Source: Patescibacteria group bacterium (GTDB lineage Bacteria; Patescibacteriota; Microgenomatia; Levybacterales; UBA12049). Taken from it: 64,000 bases of DNA. The number at the start of each line of letters is the position of its first letter. Positions within the stretch are counted from its first letter, which is position 1. The position numbers were made by a program, and so were the translations under genes. The DNA is taken from positions 29,493-93,492 of the forward strand of contig DATKGY010000041.1 of the NCBI GenBank assembly GCA_035510535.1, given 5' to 3'. Below are positions 19,947 to 29,715 of this stretch, piece by piece. The notes under the pieces are model-generated. The model was not told where the DNA came from, made no database searches, and worked only from the letters and a program-made list of their open reading frames with translations.

Positions 19947-21565
19947 TAGTTTTAATTTTCGCATTCATTGCAGGCTTTGCGCTTTTGCATTCCGGGCTTC
20001 CTCCAACGCATGACGGGGAATACCATGTCATAAGATTTATAGAATTTGATAGGGCCTTAAGGGGCGGAAATTTATATCCGAGGTGGGCAGCCGATTTAAA
20101 TTACGGCTATGGTATTCCTTTGTTTAATTATGTCTATCCCTTACCGAATTATTTTTCTTCTTTTCTCCATTTTTTCGGAATAAGCTTTATTGACGCGTTT
20201 AAATTAAACATGTTTACCGCAATACTTTTGGCAGGTTTATTTTTCTATCTATGGACAAAGTCATTCTTTAACGAAAAGGGGGCGCTGGTGGGTTCTGTGT
20301 TCTATCTTTTTTCTCCCTATATGTTTGTCGATACTTACATAAGGGGTTCAGTCGGTGAAGTTTGGGCATTGGCACTTTTTCCGGCATTTTTGTGGGCGGT
20401 TATGGAGTTTATCTATAAGGACAAAAAGATATTCTTACCGGTTTCGGTTGTTTTTTTAGCGCTAATAATTTTTTCTCACAATATTTTAGCTTTAATGTTT
20501 TTTTCTTTTGCCTTTTTATATTCATTACTACTCGTTTATTTATCGAAAAACCCCAAAGCCAATTTTATAAAATGCTTATTTCTATTCGGGCTGGGTCTTG
20601 GTTTGTCGGCAATCTTCTGGCTTCCGGCAATTCTTGAAACAAAATACACAGTAGGTCTGCAAATATTTGATTATAAAAGCAACTTTGTTGATCTCTATCA
20701 ATTGATTGCTCCATCATGGGGATCCGGATTCTATGGAGGGGGACTAGCTAATCAAATGTCTGTTCAAATAGGAATCGCAAACCTTCTGGTGATATTCATA
20801 AGCATTGCAGTTTTTATTAATCTTTTTAGAAAAAAGGATTTCAGAGCAAAGCTTTTAGGATTTTTTCTCGCTTCATTATTTATTGTAATATTTTTGATGT
20901 TAAGGATGTCATTGCCAATATGGGAAAACTTTCCTTTGATGAATTATTTCCAGTTTCCATGGAGATTTTTAAGCCTAACAATTCTGTTTTGCTCGTTTTT
21001 GGCAGCAGGAATTTTTTCCGTAGTTAAACAAAAATTGTTCTTCATAGCAATGCTTTTTCTGCCCATCGTTCTTACTCTTGGCTACATACATCCTGCATAT
21101 TATATGGATAGGATGGATAGCTATTATGCGACAAGACCGAATTTTATTGACGGTACCAACAGTATCGGAAATTCCTTTAATACTCTTTGGTTTAATGCAA
21201 AATCAGTGAGAATTACCGCAAAAATAGAAGATAATAAAAATGTAGCTATAAATAAATCGGCTATTAAGCCCTCAAATTATAAATTTGAAATCATAGTTTC
21301 AAAACCATCAATTTTAACTTTAAATACAGCATACTTTCCCGGTTGGGAAGCGAAAATTGACGGTAAAGCAATTCTGCTTCAAAAAAATAGCGAGGGGCTT
21401 ATTGCGTTTTCCGTGCCTGAGGGAAAACATTCTCTGGAAGTTAATTTTGGCGATACTGCAATCAGATTAATTGCAACACTAATTTCGCTAATTTCGTTTG
21501 TGGCTCTAGTTACGCTATTGATAAAAACATGGTATATTAGAAACAAGCATGAAGATAGCAATTGA
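19919..21565 (+). CDS. GT-C-like membrane protein (YfhO / 'PTPS-related' family)
   Basis: THDGEYHVIR...PRWAADLNYGYG, YIRGS, FQFPWRFL, YFPGWEA. Confidence 0.8.
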   Translation: MAKIFKPILIVLIFAFIAGFALLHSGLPPTHDGEYHVIRFIEFDRALRGGNLYPRWAADLNYGYGIPLFNYVYPLPNYFSSFLHFFGISFIDAFKLNMFTAILLAGLFFYLWTKSFFNEKGALVGSVFYLFSPYMFVDTYIRGSVGEVWALALFPAFLWAVMEFIYKDKKIFLPVSVVFLALIIFSHNILALMFFSFAFLYSLLLVYLSKNPKANFIKCLFLFGLGLGLSAIFWLPAILETKYTVGLQIFDYKSNFVDLYQLIAPSWGSGFYGGGLANQMSVQIGIANLLVIFISIAVFINLFRKKDFRAKLLGFFLASLFIVIFLMLRMSLPIWENFPLMNYFQFPWRFLSLTILFCSFLAAGIFSVVKQKLFFIAMLFLPIVLTLGYIHPAYYMDRMDSYYATRPNFIDGTNSIGNSFNTLWFNAKSVRITAKIEDNKNVAINKSAIKPSNYKFEIIVSKPSILTLNTAYFPGWEAKIDGKAILLQKNSEGLIAFSVPEGKHSLEVNFGDTAIRLIATLISLISFVALVTLLIKTWYIRNKHEDSN

Positions 21566-22592
21566 TATTTCGCCGTTTCAAACTGGGCATAGGGTAAGAG
21601 GCGTCGGGTTTTACTTGGAGAATCTTAGAAATACTCTTCTGAAATATTTTCCCGACAACAACTATGTTTTTTTTCAAAGGGGCGAGAAGTTGCCAAAAGA
21701 TGTCCAGATAGTTCATTTTCCTTATTTTGAGCCATTTTTTTTAGCATTACCCATCTACAGAAAGTTTAAAACCGTCGTTACTGTTCATGATTTAACACCA
21801 ATAGTTTTTCCGGAGGCTTTTCCAAGAGGTATAAAAGGGGAAATTAAATGGCAGATGCAGAGATTTGCTTTAAAGCGGGCGGACGCCATCTTAACAGATT
21901 CAAAGTTTTCAAAAAAGGATATTCAGAAATATGTCGGAGTTCGGGAGAATAAAATTCACGTAGTTTATCTCGCCGCTGGTGAACAGTTCAAGCAATTAAA
22001 AACTGGGAATTGGGTCTCAGAAGTTAAGAAGCGATATGATTTGCCAGACAGGTTTTTACTATACGTTGGGGATGTGACGTGGAACAAGAATCTGCCGAGA
22101 TTAATAGACGCTGTCAAAAAGGTTAAAATACCATTAGTAATGGTTGGTAAAAGTTTAGTTTCCGAAGATTACGATAAAAATAATCCTTGGAACGCGGATC
22201 TAAACAGAGTAAATGAGTTGGCCAGTGGAGATAAAAACATCATTAGATTGGGCTTCGTTTCGCAGGAAGAATTAGTACAGCTTTACAATTTAGCAACGGT
22301 TTTTGTGATGTCTTCTCTGTATGAAGGTTTTGGCTTGCCAATTTTGGAAGCGATGGCTTGCGGCTGTCCGGTTATAACCAGTAAAGAGGGTTCAATCCCG
22401 GAAGTGGCCGGAAACTCCGCGTTTTATGTCGACGCTTACGATATGGGAAGTGTAGCGTCAGGAATTAGAAAAGTTTTTGACGATCAAAAATTGCAAGAAG
22501 AATTATCGAAAAAAGGTTTGGAAAGAGTAAAAAGTTTTTCCTGGAAAGAAGTGGCTCGTGAAACCTTAAGTGTCTACGAAAGCATCATCTGA
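21549..22592 (+). CDS. GT4 glycosyltransferase (MtfB/WbpY-like)
   Basis: MKIAID..RGVGFY, TVHDL, LYEGFGLPILEAMACG. Confidence 0.9.
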   Translation: MKIAIDISPFQTGHRVRGVGFYLENLRNTLLKYFPDNNYVFFQRGEKLPKDVQIVHFPYFEPFFLALPIYRKFKTVVTVHDLTPIVFPEAFPRGIKGEIKWQMQRFALKRADAILTDSKFSKKDIQKYVGVRENKIHVVYLAAGEQFKQLKTGNWVSEVKKRYDLPDRFLLYVGDVTWNKNLPRLIDAVKKVKIPLVMVGKSLVSEDYDKNNPWNADLNRVNELASGDKNIIRLGFVSQEELVQLYNLATVFVMSSLYEGFGLPILEAMACGCPVITSKEGSIPEVAGNSAFYVDAYDMGSVASGIRKVFDDQKLQEELSKKGLERVKSFSWKEVARETLSVYESII

Positions 22593-23914
22593 TGAAAGAT
22601 CTTTTTTTAAAAACTGGGAAAAAACTGATTAGTCACGAACTGATTAGCGGAAGTTTTTACGTTTTTATTGGAGGAATGATTGCTAATGGTTTTGCATTTC
22701 TTTTGAATCTCTTCTTAGCCAGAAGTCTTTCATATTCAGATTATGCTATTTTTGCCTCGCTATTATCCGTAATTACGCTAGCCTCTATTCCGGCGGGATC
22801 AATTAATACAGTCATTGTAAAATTCGCTACCAATCTTTTTGTAAAAAATGAAAATGATAGGCTAAAAACTCTATACATGTTATTTTTCAAATTCGTTTTG
22901 GGATTGTCTATATTTATTATATTCTTGTTTGCTATATTTTCTGTGCCGCTAATGAATTATCTTCATATGGATAATGTCTGGTATGTAATTATTACAGGAT
23001 TTGTAATCTCATCCTTCTATTTGAGCACATTAAATGGCGCTTTTCTACAAAGTTTACTTAAATTTAAGTTTATATCCCTTTTGAATATCTTAGGGAGCTC
23101 TATAAAATTAATTGTTGGTGTACTTTTAGTATTTTTAGGATATAGAGCCTTTGGAGGGCTAGGCGCTATATTTTCTATGACGTTCGGGATGTTTCTGATA
23201 GCTTACTTACCACTGGTAAAAATTCTTAAACAAAAATCTTCAAACAAAAGCATAGCTTTAAATACCAAGCAAATGCTTACTTACGCTGTCCCTACGTTTA
23301 TTACGGTTCTATTTCTGACCTCTTTTACCTCAATGGACGTAATATTAGTTAAGCATTTTTTTAATTCCCACGATGCTGGATTCTATGCTGGTCTTTCTCT
23401 AATCGGAAAAGTAATTTTCTACTTTACAGCTCCAATACCGATGGTAATGTTTCCCTTGTTGGTCAAGAGGCATGCAACGGGCGTAAATTTTAATAATTTA
23501 TTTTACCTTGCTCTTCTTTTGGTCGTACTTCCTTCAGTTGCTATTACCGCTTTTTATTTTGTTTTCCCAAATTTTGTCATAAATCTTTTTCTAGGAGGAA
23601 GAGAATATCTTTCTGTTGCAAAGTATCTTGGGATATTCGGCGTATATCTGACTGTTTTTAGTTTGGTTAACGTATGTGTCAGTTTTTTCCTCTCATTAAA
23701 TAAAACAAACGTATCAGCGCTAGTTGTTTTTGCGGCAATTACTCAAATAATTCTTATTTACATCTTCCACACCAATTTTTACCAAATAATAGGAGTCTCT
23801 ATGTTGATTTCAGTTTCACTTTTTATAGCATTGCTTTTTATATTCTTTAAAAATTACGGGAACACAAAGCATCTAAAGGAAACTATCACGTTTTTGAATA
23901 CCACAGGAGTTTAG
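22592..23914 (+). CDS. wzx: Wzx-like oligosaccharide flippase
   Basis: About 12 TM helices, LARSL..DYAIFASL, DVILVKHFF..AGFYA (MOP-superfamily pattern). Confidence 0.75.
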   Translation: MKDLFLKTGKKLISHELISGSFYVFIGGMIANGFAFLLNLFLARSLSYSDYAIFASLLSVITLASIPAGSINTVIVKFATNLFVKNENDRLKTLYMLFFKFVLGLSIFIIFLFAIFSVPLMNYLHMDNVWYVIITGFVISSFYLSTLNGAFLQSLLKFKFISLLNILGSSIKLIVGVLLVFLGYRAFGGLGAIFSMTFGMFLIAYLPLVKILKQKSSNKSIALNTKQMLTYAVPTFITVLFLTSFTSMDVILVKHFFNSHDAGFYAGLSLIGKVIFYFTAPIPMVMFPLLVKRHATGVNFNNLFYLALLLVVLPSVAITAFYFVFPNFVINLFLGGREYLSVAKYLGIFGVYLTVFSLVNVCVSFFLSLNKTNVSALVVFAAITQIILIYIFHTNFYQIIGVSMLISVSLFIALLFIFFKNYGNTKHLKETITFLNTTGV

Positions 23915-23919
23915 TCTTG

Positions 23920-23928
23920 TGCTATACT
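23920..23928 (+). promoter_or_regulatory. Possible extended -10 promoter (TGcTATACT)
   Basis: Lies in the 39-bp gap before the GT2 at 23954; no clear -35. Confidence 0.4.
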
Positions 23929-23953
23929 TGTGCATAAGAATTCATAAATTCCA

Positions 23954-24703
23954 ATGGGAAGAGTAAAATTTTTATCACTCATAATCCCTGCTTTTAGACA
24001 AGAAAAAACGATTGCACAAGATTTAAAAAATCTTCAGAAAGCATTGTCGGTTTTACCTCTTAAGTATGAAATTATTGTCGTCGTGGATGGAGGTGGAGAT
24101 GGCACTTTCAGAAACGCGAAGAACGTAAGAGGTAAAGAAATCGTTGTAGTAGGATACGATAGAAATATCGGTAAGGGCTTTGCGATTAAGAATGGAGTAG
24201 AAAAAGCAAAAGGAGATGTAATTGGCTTTATCGATGCAGGCATGGATTTAGACCCAACGGAAATTTCAATAATGTTAGATATTATGAGTTGGAATAAGGC
24301 AGATATAGTTATCGGAAGCAAGCTTCATCCCGAATCAAAAGTTAGTTATCCTTGCTGGAGGAAAATATTATCTTGGGGATATAGAACCCTCACTCATTTA
24401 ATGTTTGGGTTTAGCGTAAGGGATACGCAAGTTGGTCTAAAAATCTTCAAGCGAAAAGTTGCTAAAGATGTGTTTCCTCATATAATCGTAAAGAGATTTG
24501 CTTTTGACGTAGAAGTTTTAGCTGTTGCCCAGAAATTAGGTTACACGAGGATTTACGAGGCGCCTGTAAAGCTTAACTTCAACGGAGCAAATGCTATTAC
24601 TTCCACGAGTTTTTGGAAAGTAATACTCTCCATGCTTTGGGATACCGTTGCTGTGTTTTACAGATTAAAAATTCTTCACTATTATGATAGAATAAAAAAA
24701 TAA
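23954..24703 (+). CDS. GT2 polyprenyl-phosphate glycosyltransferase (DPG/DPM-synthase-like)
   Basis: VVVDG, NIGKGFAIKNG, FIDAGMD, RDTQVGLKIF, FAFDVE. Confidence 0.85.
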   Translation: MGRVKFLSLIIPAFRQEKTIAQDLKNLQKALSVLPLKYEIIVVVDGGGDGTFRNAKNVRGKEIVVVGYDRNIGKGFAIKNGVEKAKGDVIGFIDAGMDLDPTEISIMLDIMSWNKADIVIGSKLHPESKVSYPCWRKILSWGYRTLTHLMFGFSVRDTQVGLKIFKRKVAKDVFPHIIVKRFAFDVEVLAVAQKLGYTRIYEAPVKLNFNGANAITSTSFWKVILSMLWDTVAVFYRLKILHYYDRIKK

Positions 24704-24705
24704 TT

Positions 24706-25740
24706 ATGAAAAAAAGCATTCTTATTATAGGTGGGGCAGGTTTTATAGGAATTAATTCCGCTGCTTACTATTTATCGAAAGGTTACGGAGTTATTATTTT
24801 TGACAATTTTTCAAGAAGGGGAAGTAAGAGTAATATAGCGTGGTTTAAGAAGGAGTATGGCATAAGGAGCATAAGAGTTATAAAAGGTGACGTAAGATAT
24901 GATTCAAGTAAACTTCAAAGATTAGTAAAAGGCGTAAATATCGTTCTCCATCTTGCAGCACAAGTAGCAGTAACGACATCAGTAGAAAATCCAAGAGAAG
25001 ATTTCGAAATTAACGCAGGTGGTACTTTCAATGTTCTTGAAGCTTTAAGAAAGTCAGGAAATAATCCGGTTTTAATCTACAGCTCTACGAACAAAGTTTA
25101 TGGAGGCTTAGAAGATCTAAAAATTGTCGAACAAAAAACAAGATATGCTTTTAAAAATTTACCTCTTGGGGTATCGGAAGCCAGAGCTACAGATTTTCAT
25201 TCTCCTTATGGTTGCAGCAAGGGAACAGCAGATCAATACGTAAGAGATTATTCAAGAATTTATGGACTTAATACAATCGTCTTTAGGCAATCCTGCATTT
25301 ATGGTCCACATCAATTCGGCATTGAGGACCAAGGTTGGGTCGCTTGGTTTATTATAGCTCTAACAAAGGGTAAAACAATTTCAATTTATGGCAACGGTAA
25401 ACAAGTACGAGATTTATTGTTCGTAGAAGATTTGGTTAGGGCTTATGATTTGGCGGCAAAAAATATAAAAATTACCAAAGGACAAATCTATAATGTTGGC
25501 GGAGGAGCAAAAAATACAATTTCCATATGGTTTGATTTTAAGCCAATTCTAGAAAAACTTTTTGGAAGAAAAATAGAACCTAAGTTTTCAGATTGGCGTC
25601 CAGGAGACCAGCCAATATATGTATCGGACATAAGAAAGGCTAAGAAAGATTTTGGATGGGAGCCTAAAATTAATGTTGAAACGGGAATAAAAAAACTTCA
25701 TGACTGGGTTTCTTCAAATAAGGAGTTATTCAACGTTTAA
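24706..25740 (+). CDS. rfbE: CDP-paratose 2-epimerase-like SDR (RfbE/Tyv family)
   Basis: GGAGFIG, HLAAQVAVTTS, SSTNKVYG, HSPYGCSKG, RQSCIYG..QFGIEDQGWVAWF. Confidence 0.8.
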   Translation: MKKSILIIGGAGFIGINSAAYYLSKGYGVIIFDNFSRRGSKSNIAWFKKEYGIRSIRVIKGDVRYDSSKLQRLVKGVNIVLHLAAQVAVTTSVENPREDFEINAGGTFNVLEALRKSGNNPVLIYSSTNKVYGGLEDLKIVEQKTRYAFKNLPLGVSEARATDFHSPYGCSKGTADQYVRDYSRIYGLNTIVFRQSCIYGPHQFGIEDQGWVAWFIIALTKGKTISIYGNGKQVRDLLFVEDLVRAYDLAAKNIKITKGQIYNVGGGAKNTISIWFDFKPILEKLFGRKIEPKFSDWRPGDQPIYVSDIRKAKKDFGWEPKINVETGIKKLHDWVSSNKELFNV

Positions 25741-26849
25741 TGGAAATTCTTATTCTAAATTGGAAAGATGTCAAAAATCCTCAAGTTGGCGGAGCTGAAG
25801 TAATTGCGTTTGAATTTGCCAAACGTCTCGTAAAAGAAGGCCACGAGCTCACATTTTTTTCCAGATCTTTCCCTAATTGCCTAAAAGAAGAAATGATGGA
25901 CGGAGTTAAAATAATAAGGAAAGGAAATAGATTAAGCGTTTACCTGGAAGCTTTTATATATTATAGAAGTCTTAAAAAAAAGCCCGATAGAGTAATCGAC
26001 ATGATTAATACTATATGTTGGCAGACGCCTCTCTATGTGCCAAAAAAAAATAGATTTGCATACGTTAATCAATTAGCAAGAGAAGTTTTTTTCTTTGAAC
26101 TGCCAAAACCAATATCATATGTAGCTTATCTTTTAGAAAAAATCCAATACCTAACTTATAAAAATACTCACTTTTTATGCTATTCAAATAGTACGAGTAA
26201 GGACTTGCAAAAATTGGGGATTAGCGAAAGAAATATAAGCATATTTCCGATGGGACTTGATCATCAAAGATATAAAGCGGGCGGAGCAAAAACAAAATAC
26301 CCTTTATTTATATACGTAGGAAGACTGGTTAAGATGAAAAGGGTAGATTTATGCATAAGAGCCTTTAAGAATGTTTCCAAAAAATATAAACATGCAAAAA
26401 TGGCAATCATAGGAAATGGCTCCGATGAGAAAAGATTACTTGCCATAGAGGAAAAGCTTAAACTGTCTAAAAACGTCACTTTTGTAAATAAGAATAACTT
26501 CTTTCTTAAAAAAAATAGATTAGATGTAAAGATTAAAATGATGCAAAAAGCTTGGTGCCTACTTCTTCCTTCAGTTAAGGAAGGATGGGGAATGGTAGTC
26601 ACGGAAGCTGCTGCTTGTGGAACGCCGTCTATAGTTAGTGACGTAACAGGACTTAGAGATTCGGTAGTAAAGAATAAGACGGGATTAATTCTGTCAAAAG
26701 AACCATCGATAAAGGAACTTTCAGAATCAATGATTAGGATAGTTGAAGACAATAGCTTAAGGGATAAAATATCGAAAGAGGCCGTCTCTTGGGCTAAAAA
26801 ATTTAGCTGGGATAAAAGCTATAAGGAATTCAAAGAAATAATTACTTAA
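25740..26849 (+). CDS. GT4 glycosyltransferase
   Basis: NWKDVKNPQVGGAE, YVGRLVKMKR, KEGWGMVVTEAAACG. Confidence 0.9.
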   Translation: MEILILNWKDVKNPQVGGAEVIAFEFAKRLVKEGHELTFFSRSFPNCLKEEMMDGVKIIRKGNRLSVYLEAFIYYRSLKKKPDRVIDMINTICWQTPLYVPKKNRFAYVNQLAREVFFFELPKPISYVAYLLEKIQYLTYKNTHFLCYSNSTSKDLQKLGISERNISIFPMGLDHQRYKAGGAKTKYPLFIYVGRLVKMKRVDLCIRAFKNVSKKYKHAKMAIIGNGSDEKRLLAIEEKLKLSKNVTFVNKNNFFLKKNRLDVKIKMMQKAWCLLLPSVKEGWGMVVTEAAACGTPSIVSDVTGLRDSVVKNKTGLILSKEPSIKELSESMIRIVEDNSLRDKISKEAVSWAKKFSWDKSYKEFKEIIT

Positions 26850-28178
26850 GTGATAAAAAATAAAAATGCTATTCTTAGTTTCAAATTTGTAAGCTTAGCA
26901 TTCGTGCTTATCCTAGGATTCTATCTAAGGTATGATAATCTTTACACTTGGCCGCGCCTTGGCGCAACATTTGACGAGTACGCGTGGACTTGGCTTGGAA
27001 TAAATTTAATTCAGAATCACGTTCCAATGTCTTGGTCCCGTCATCCACAGTATATTTATCGGCAGTCAATTGTTTATCAAAAAACCCCTTTTGTTATAGT
27101 CAAACCGTATCTTGAGCACCCACCGCTTTTTGGATTAGTAGTTGGTTCATTTGCCTTGATTAGTGGTGCGAAGGACATGTATCACGTTAACTTACAAAAT
27201 ATTCGGGGGTTAGCTCTAATATTAGGGGTTTTAAGTATTTTTATGGTTTATGTTTTGGCGGCGGAGGTCTATGGTTTTAGAATTGGCCTTTTGTCGTCAT
27301 TTTTATATGCAATTACGCCGACAATTGTTGTTGGTTCAAGAATTGTTGAAAACGAAAATTTCTTTATCCCATTTTTTCTGCTGGCATTATTTTTTATGTC
27401 TAAATTTATTAAAACAAAAAATCCCTGGTTTAGAAATATTGCGGCTGTGATTTGCGGACTATTAACTTTGGCGAAAGTCCCGTGGATTGCGGGAGCTTTG
27501 GCAATCGTATTAGTACTTTTCTATCTTAAGAAATATAAAGATTCGCTCAAATTTTTGGCAATTGTCTTGCCCATTTTTCTTATCTATTTTGCATACGGGT
27601 ATTATTGGGATTGGAATATATTCTTAGGACTTTGGGGGTTACAATTACAAAGGTTCGACATTACTTTTAATAGTTTTTTTGCTCTTTTTACTTCCCCTTA
27701 TTTGGTGGATAGGTTTATGGTTGACGGTTGGATATATTTTGGCTGGTTCGCGGTCTTTTTGCTTTTGGTTAAGGACATCAAGAAAAATATTTTCGTTATT
27801 TTACCGTTTTTAGCCTATCTCGCAGTTTTTATTTTCGTAATTCCTAACGAACCTTCTCATGGTTGGTACAGATATCCTTTTTATCCATTTTTGACAATTT
27901 CAACCGCGCTTTTCCTAAAAGAATATTTTAATAAGAATTACTTATTGACCTTTTTATTCTTAATATTTACCGGACTTTCAATGCTTCAGCTCAGCTGGGC
28001 TCAAAGTTTAGGATTTTCTTTTCTTGTTTTCAGATTCTTTTTGATTTTGTTTGGCATATCGGCGCTACCATTATTTATTCCTAAAACCAAAAAGCTTTCA
28101 TACTTTACCTCATACGTTTCTTTAGTTATAATCTTTTTCTTAAGCATGTGGTCAATCAAAAATTATAATGAGCAGTAA
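26850..28178 (+). CDS. ArnT/PMT-like GT-C glycosyltransferase (GTG start)
   Basis: YLRY...TFDEYAW, LEHPPLFG, SRIVENEN, LAK; multiple TM helices. Confidence 0.78.
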   Translation: MIKNKNAILSFKFVSLAFVLILGFYLRYDNLYTWPRLGATFDEYAWTWLGINLIQNHVPMSWSRHPQYIYRQSIVYQKTPFVIVKPYLEHPPLFGLVVGSFALISGAKDMYHVNLQNIRGLALILGVLSIFMVYVLAAEVYGFRIGLLSSFLYAITPTIVVGSRIVENENFFIPFFLLALFFMSKFIKTKNPWFRNIAAVICGLLTLAKVPWIAGALAIVLVLFYLKKYKDSLKFLAIVLPIFLIYFAYGYYWDWNIFLGLWGLQLQRFDITFNSFFALFTSPYLVDRFMVDGWIYFGWFAVFLLLVKDIKKNIFVILPFLAYLAVFIFVIPNEPSHGWYRYPFYPFLTISTALFLKEYFNKNYLLTFLFLIFTGLSMLQLSWAQSLGFSFLVFRFFLILFGISALPLFIPKTKKLSYFTSYVSLVIIFFLSMWSIKNYNEQ

Positions 28179-28184
28179 TGAAAT

Positions 28185-28877
28185 ATGAAATTTGATAAAT
28201 ATTATTTAAAGAATAAAACCTTTATAACTTTTACCGATATGAGAATAGGTAAAATTATAAAAATAATTATAGATATTTCTCCAAATAGTATTCTAGACGT
28301 TGGGTGTGGCTCGGGATACTTATTAACTAATTTACATAGCAAACTTTCATCCACCAAACTTTATGGAATAGATATCTATCCCAATAAAAAATTGAATAAG
28401 GAAATCATTTACAAACAAGCTGATATAACAGAAGGATTACCTTTTAAATCTAAAGTTTTCGAATGTGTTGTTCTAGGCGAAGTGATTGAGCACGTTCCCA
28501 ATCCGGATTTTCTATTAAGAGAGATAAATAGAGTTTTAAAAAAAGATGGGATATTAATAATATCTACTCCAAATCTTGTCTCCTGGGCAAATAGAGTATT
28601 AGTTTTATTAGGAGTTCAACCTTTATTTACCGAGACGAGTAACGAAGTAAACTTGGGAAGAAAACTCGCAATATTAGGACAGGGCGCGAAGGTTCAGGGA
28701 CACCTGAAGATTTTTACAAGCGATTCTCTGACGGAAATTCTAGAAAGGGAGAAATTTAAGATTATCAATAAACATGGAGTTACCTTTTTCTTTCCTTTCC
28801 CGATATCGCTATTGGATAAATTTTTTACAAAATTTATTACACTTTCATCTGGTTTACTATATGTTGTTAAAAAATAA
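28185..28877 (+). CDS. Class I SAM-dependent methyltransferase
   Basis: ILDVGCGSG, EVIEHVPNP, LIISTPN. Confidence 0.85.
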   Translation: MKFDKYYLKNKTFITFTDMRIGKIIKIIIDISPNSILDVGCGSGYLLTNLHSKLSSTKLYGIDIYPNKKLNKEIIYKQADITEGLPFKSKVFECVVLGEVIEHVPNPDFLLREINRVLKKDGILIISTPNLVSWANRVLVLLGVQPLFTETSNEVNLGRKLAILGQGAKVQGHLKIFTSDSLTEILEREKFKIINKHGVTFFFPFPISLLDKFFTKFITLSSGLLYVVKK

Positions 28878-29715
28878 AAAATCTGCAAAAGTAGAAAATC
28901 TAGTATCTGTTATTATCCCGACAAAAAACTCCGAAAAAGTTTTAAGTAGGTGCTTACAAAGCATCAAAAATCAATCGTACAAAAATATAGAAATTATTAT
29001 TATTGATAATAATTCCATTGATAAAACAAAATTAATTGCCAGCAAATTTACAACTCAGGTTTTTAACAAAGGGCCCGAGCGAAGCGCGCAGAGGAACTTC
29101 GGAGTAAGTAAAGCCAAGGGTGAATACTTGTTGTTTATTGACAGCGATATGGTATTGTCAAGAAATGTTGTTGGAGACTGCGTACTTTTAAGTCAGAAGT
29201 CAGAAGTCAGAAGTCGGAAGCCAGGAGGAATTGTAATTCCTGAAGAATCTTTTGGAGAAGGGTTTTGGGCTAGTTGCAAAGCCCTTGAGAGAAGCTTTTA
29301 TCTTAAAGTGAAGTGGATAGAGGCTCCAAGATTTTTCTCCAAAAGTGTGTTTATGGAGCTCAAGGGTTTTGATGAAAAATTAATCAGTGGTGAAGATTGG
29401 GATTTAGGCCAAAAAGCAAAAGCAAAATACAAAGTTTTAAGAATAAGCAGTTTTATTAAACACGACGAAGGAAATCTCTCTCTTGTGCAATTACTTAAGA
29501 AAAAAATGTATTATGGCAAACAAATTACAAATTATTCTTCGAAAGAAGAAAACAATAAAGATTGGAAGAGACAATCGAGTATAGCTAAGAGATATGAACT
29601 ATTTTTTTCAAATCCTCAAAAATTATTCTCTAATCCCATGATCGGCATCGGAATGTTGTTTATGAAAACTTGCGAATTTGCAGTCGTGGGGCTAGGATAT
29701 CTCTTAAAAGAATGA
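28861..29715 (+). CDS. GT2 glycosyltransferase
   Basis: SVIIPTKN, IIDNNSID, RSAQRNFG, FIDSDM, GEDWD; start moved to ATG 28861. Confidence 0.87.
   Translation: MLLKNKKSAKVENLVSVIIPTKNSEKVLSRCLQSIKNQSYKNIEIIIIDNNSIDKTKLIASKFTTQVFNKGPERSAQRNFGVSKAKGEYLLFIDSDMVLSRNVVGDCVLLSQKSEVRSRKPGGIVIPEESFGEGFWASCKALERSFYLKVKWIEAPRFFSKSVFMELKGFDEKLISGEDWDLGQKAKAKYKVLRISSFIKHDEGNLSLVQLLKKKMYYGKQITNYSSKEENNKDWKRQSSIAKRYELFFSNPQKLFSNPMIGIGMLFMKTCEFAVVGLGYLLKE
29190..29224. repeat. 7-bp tandem repeat AAGTCAG (3 perfect plus 2 variant units) inside GT2
   Basis: aagtcag aagtcag aagtcag aagtcgg aagccag; encodes SQKSEVRSRKP. Confidence 0.88.
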
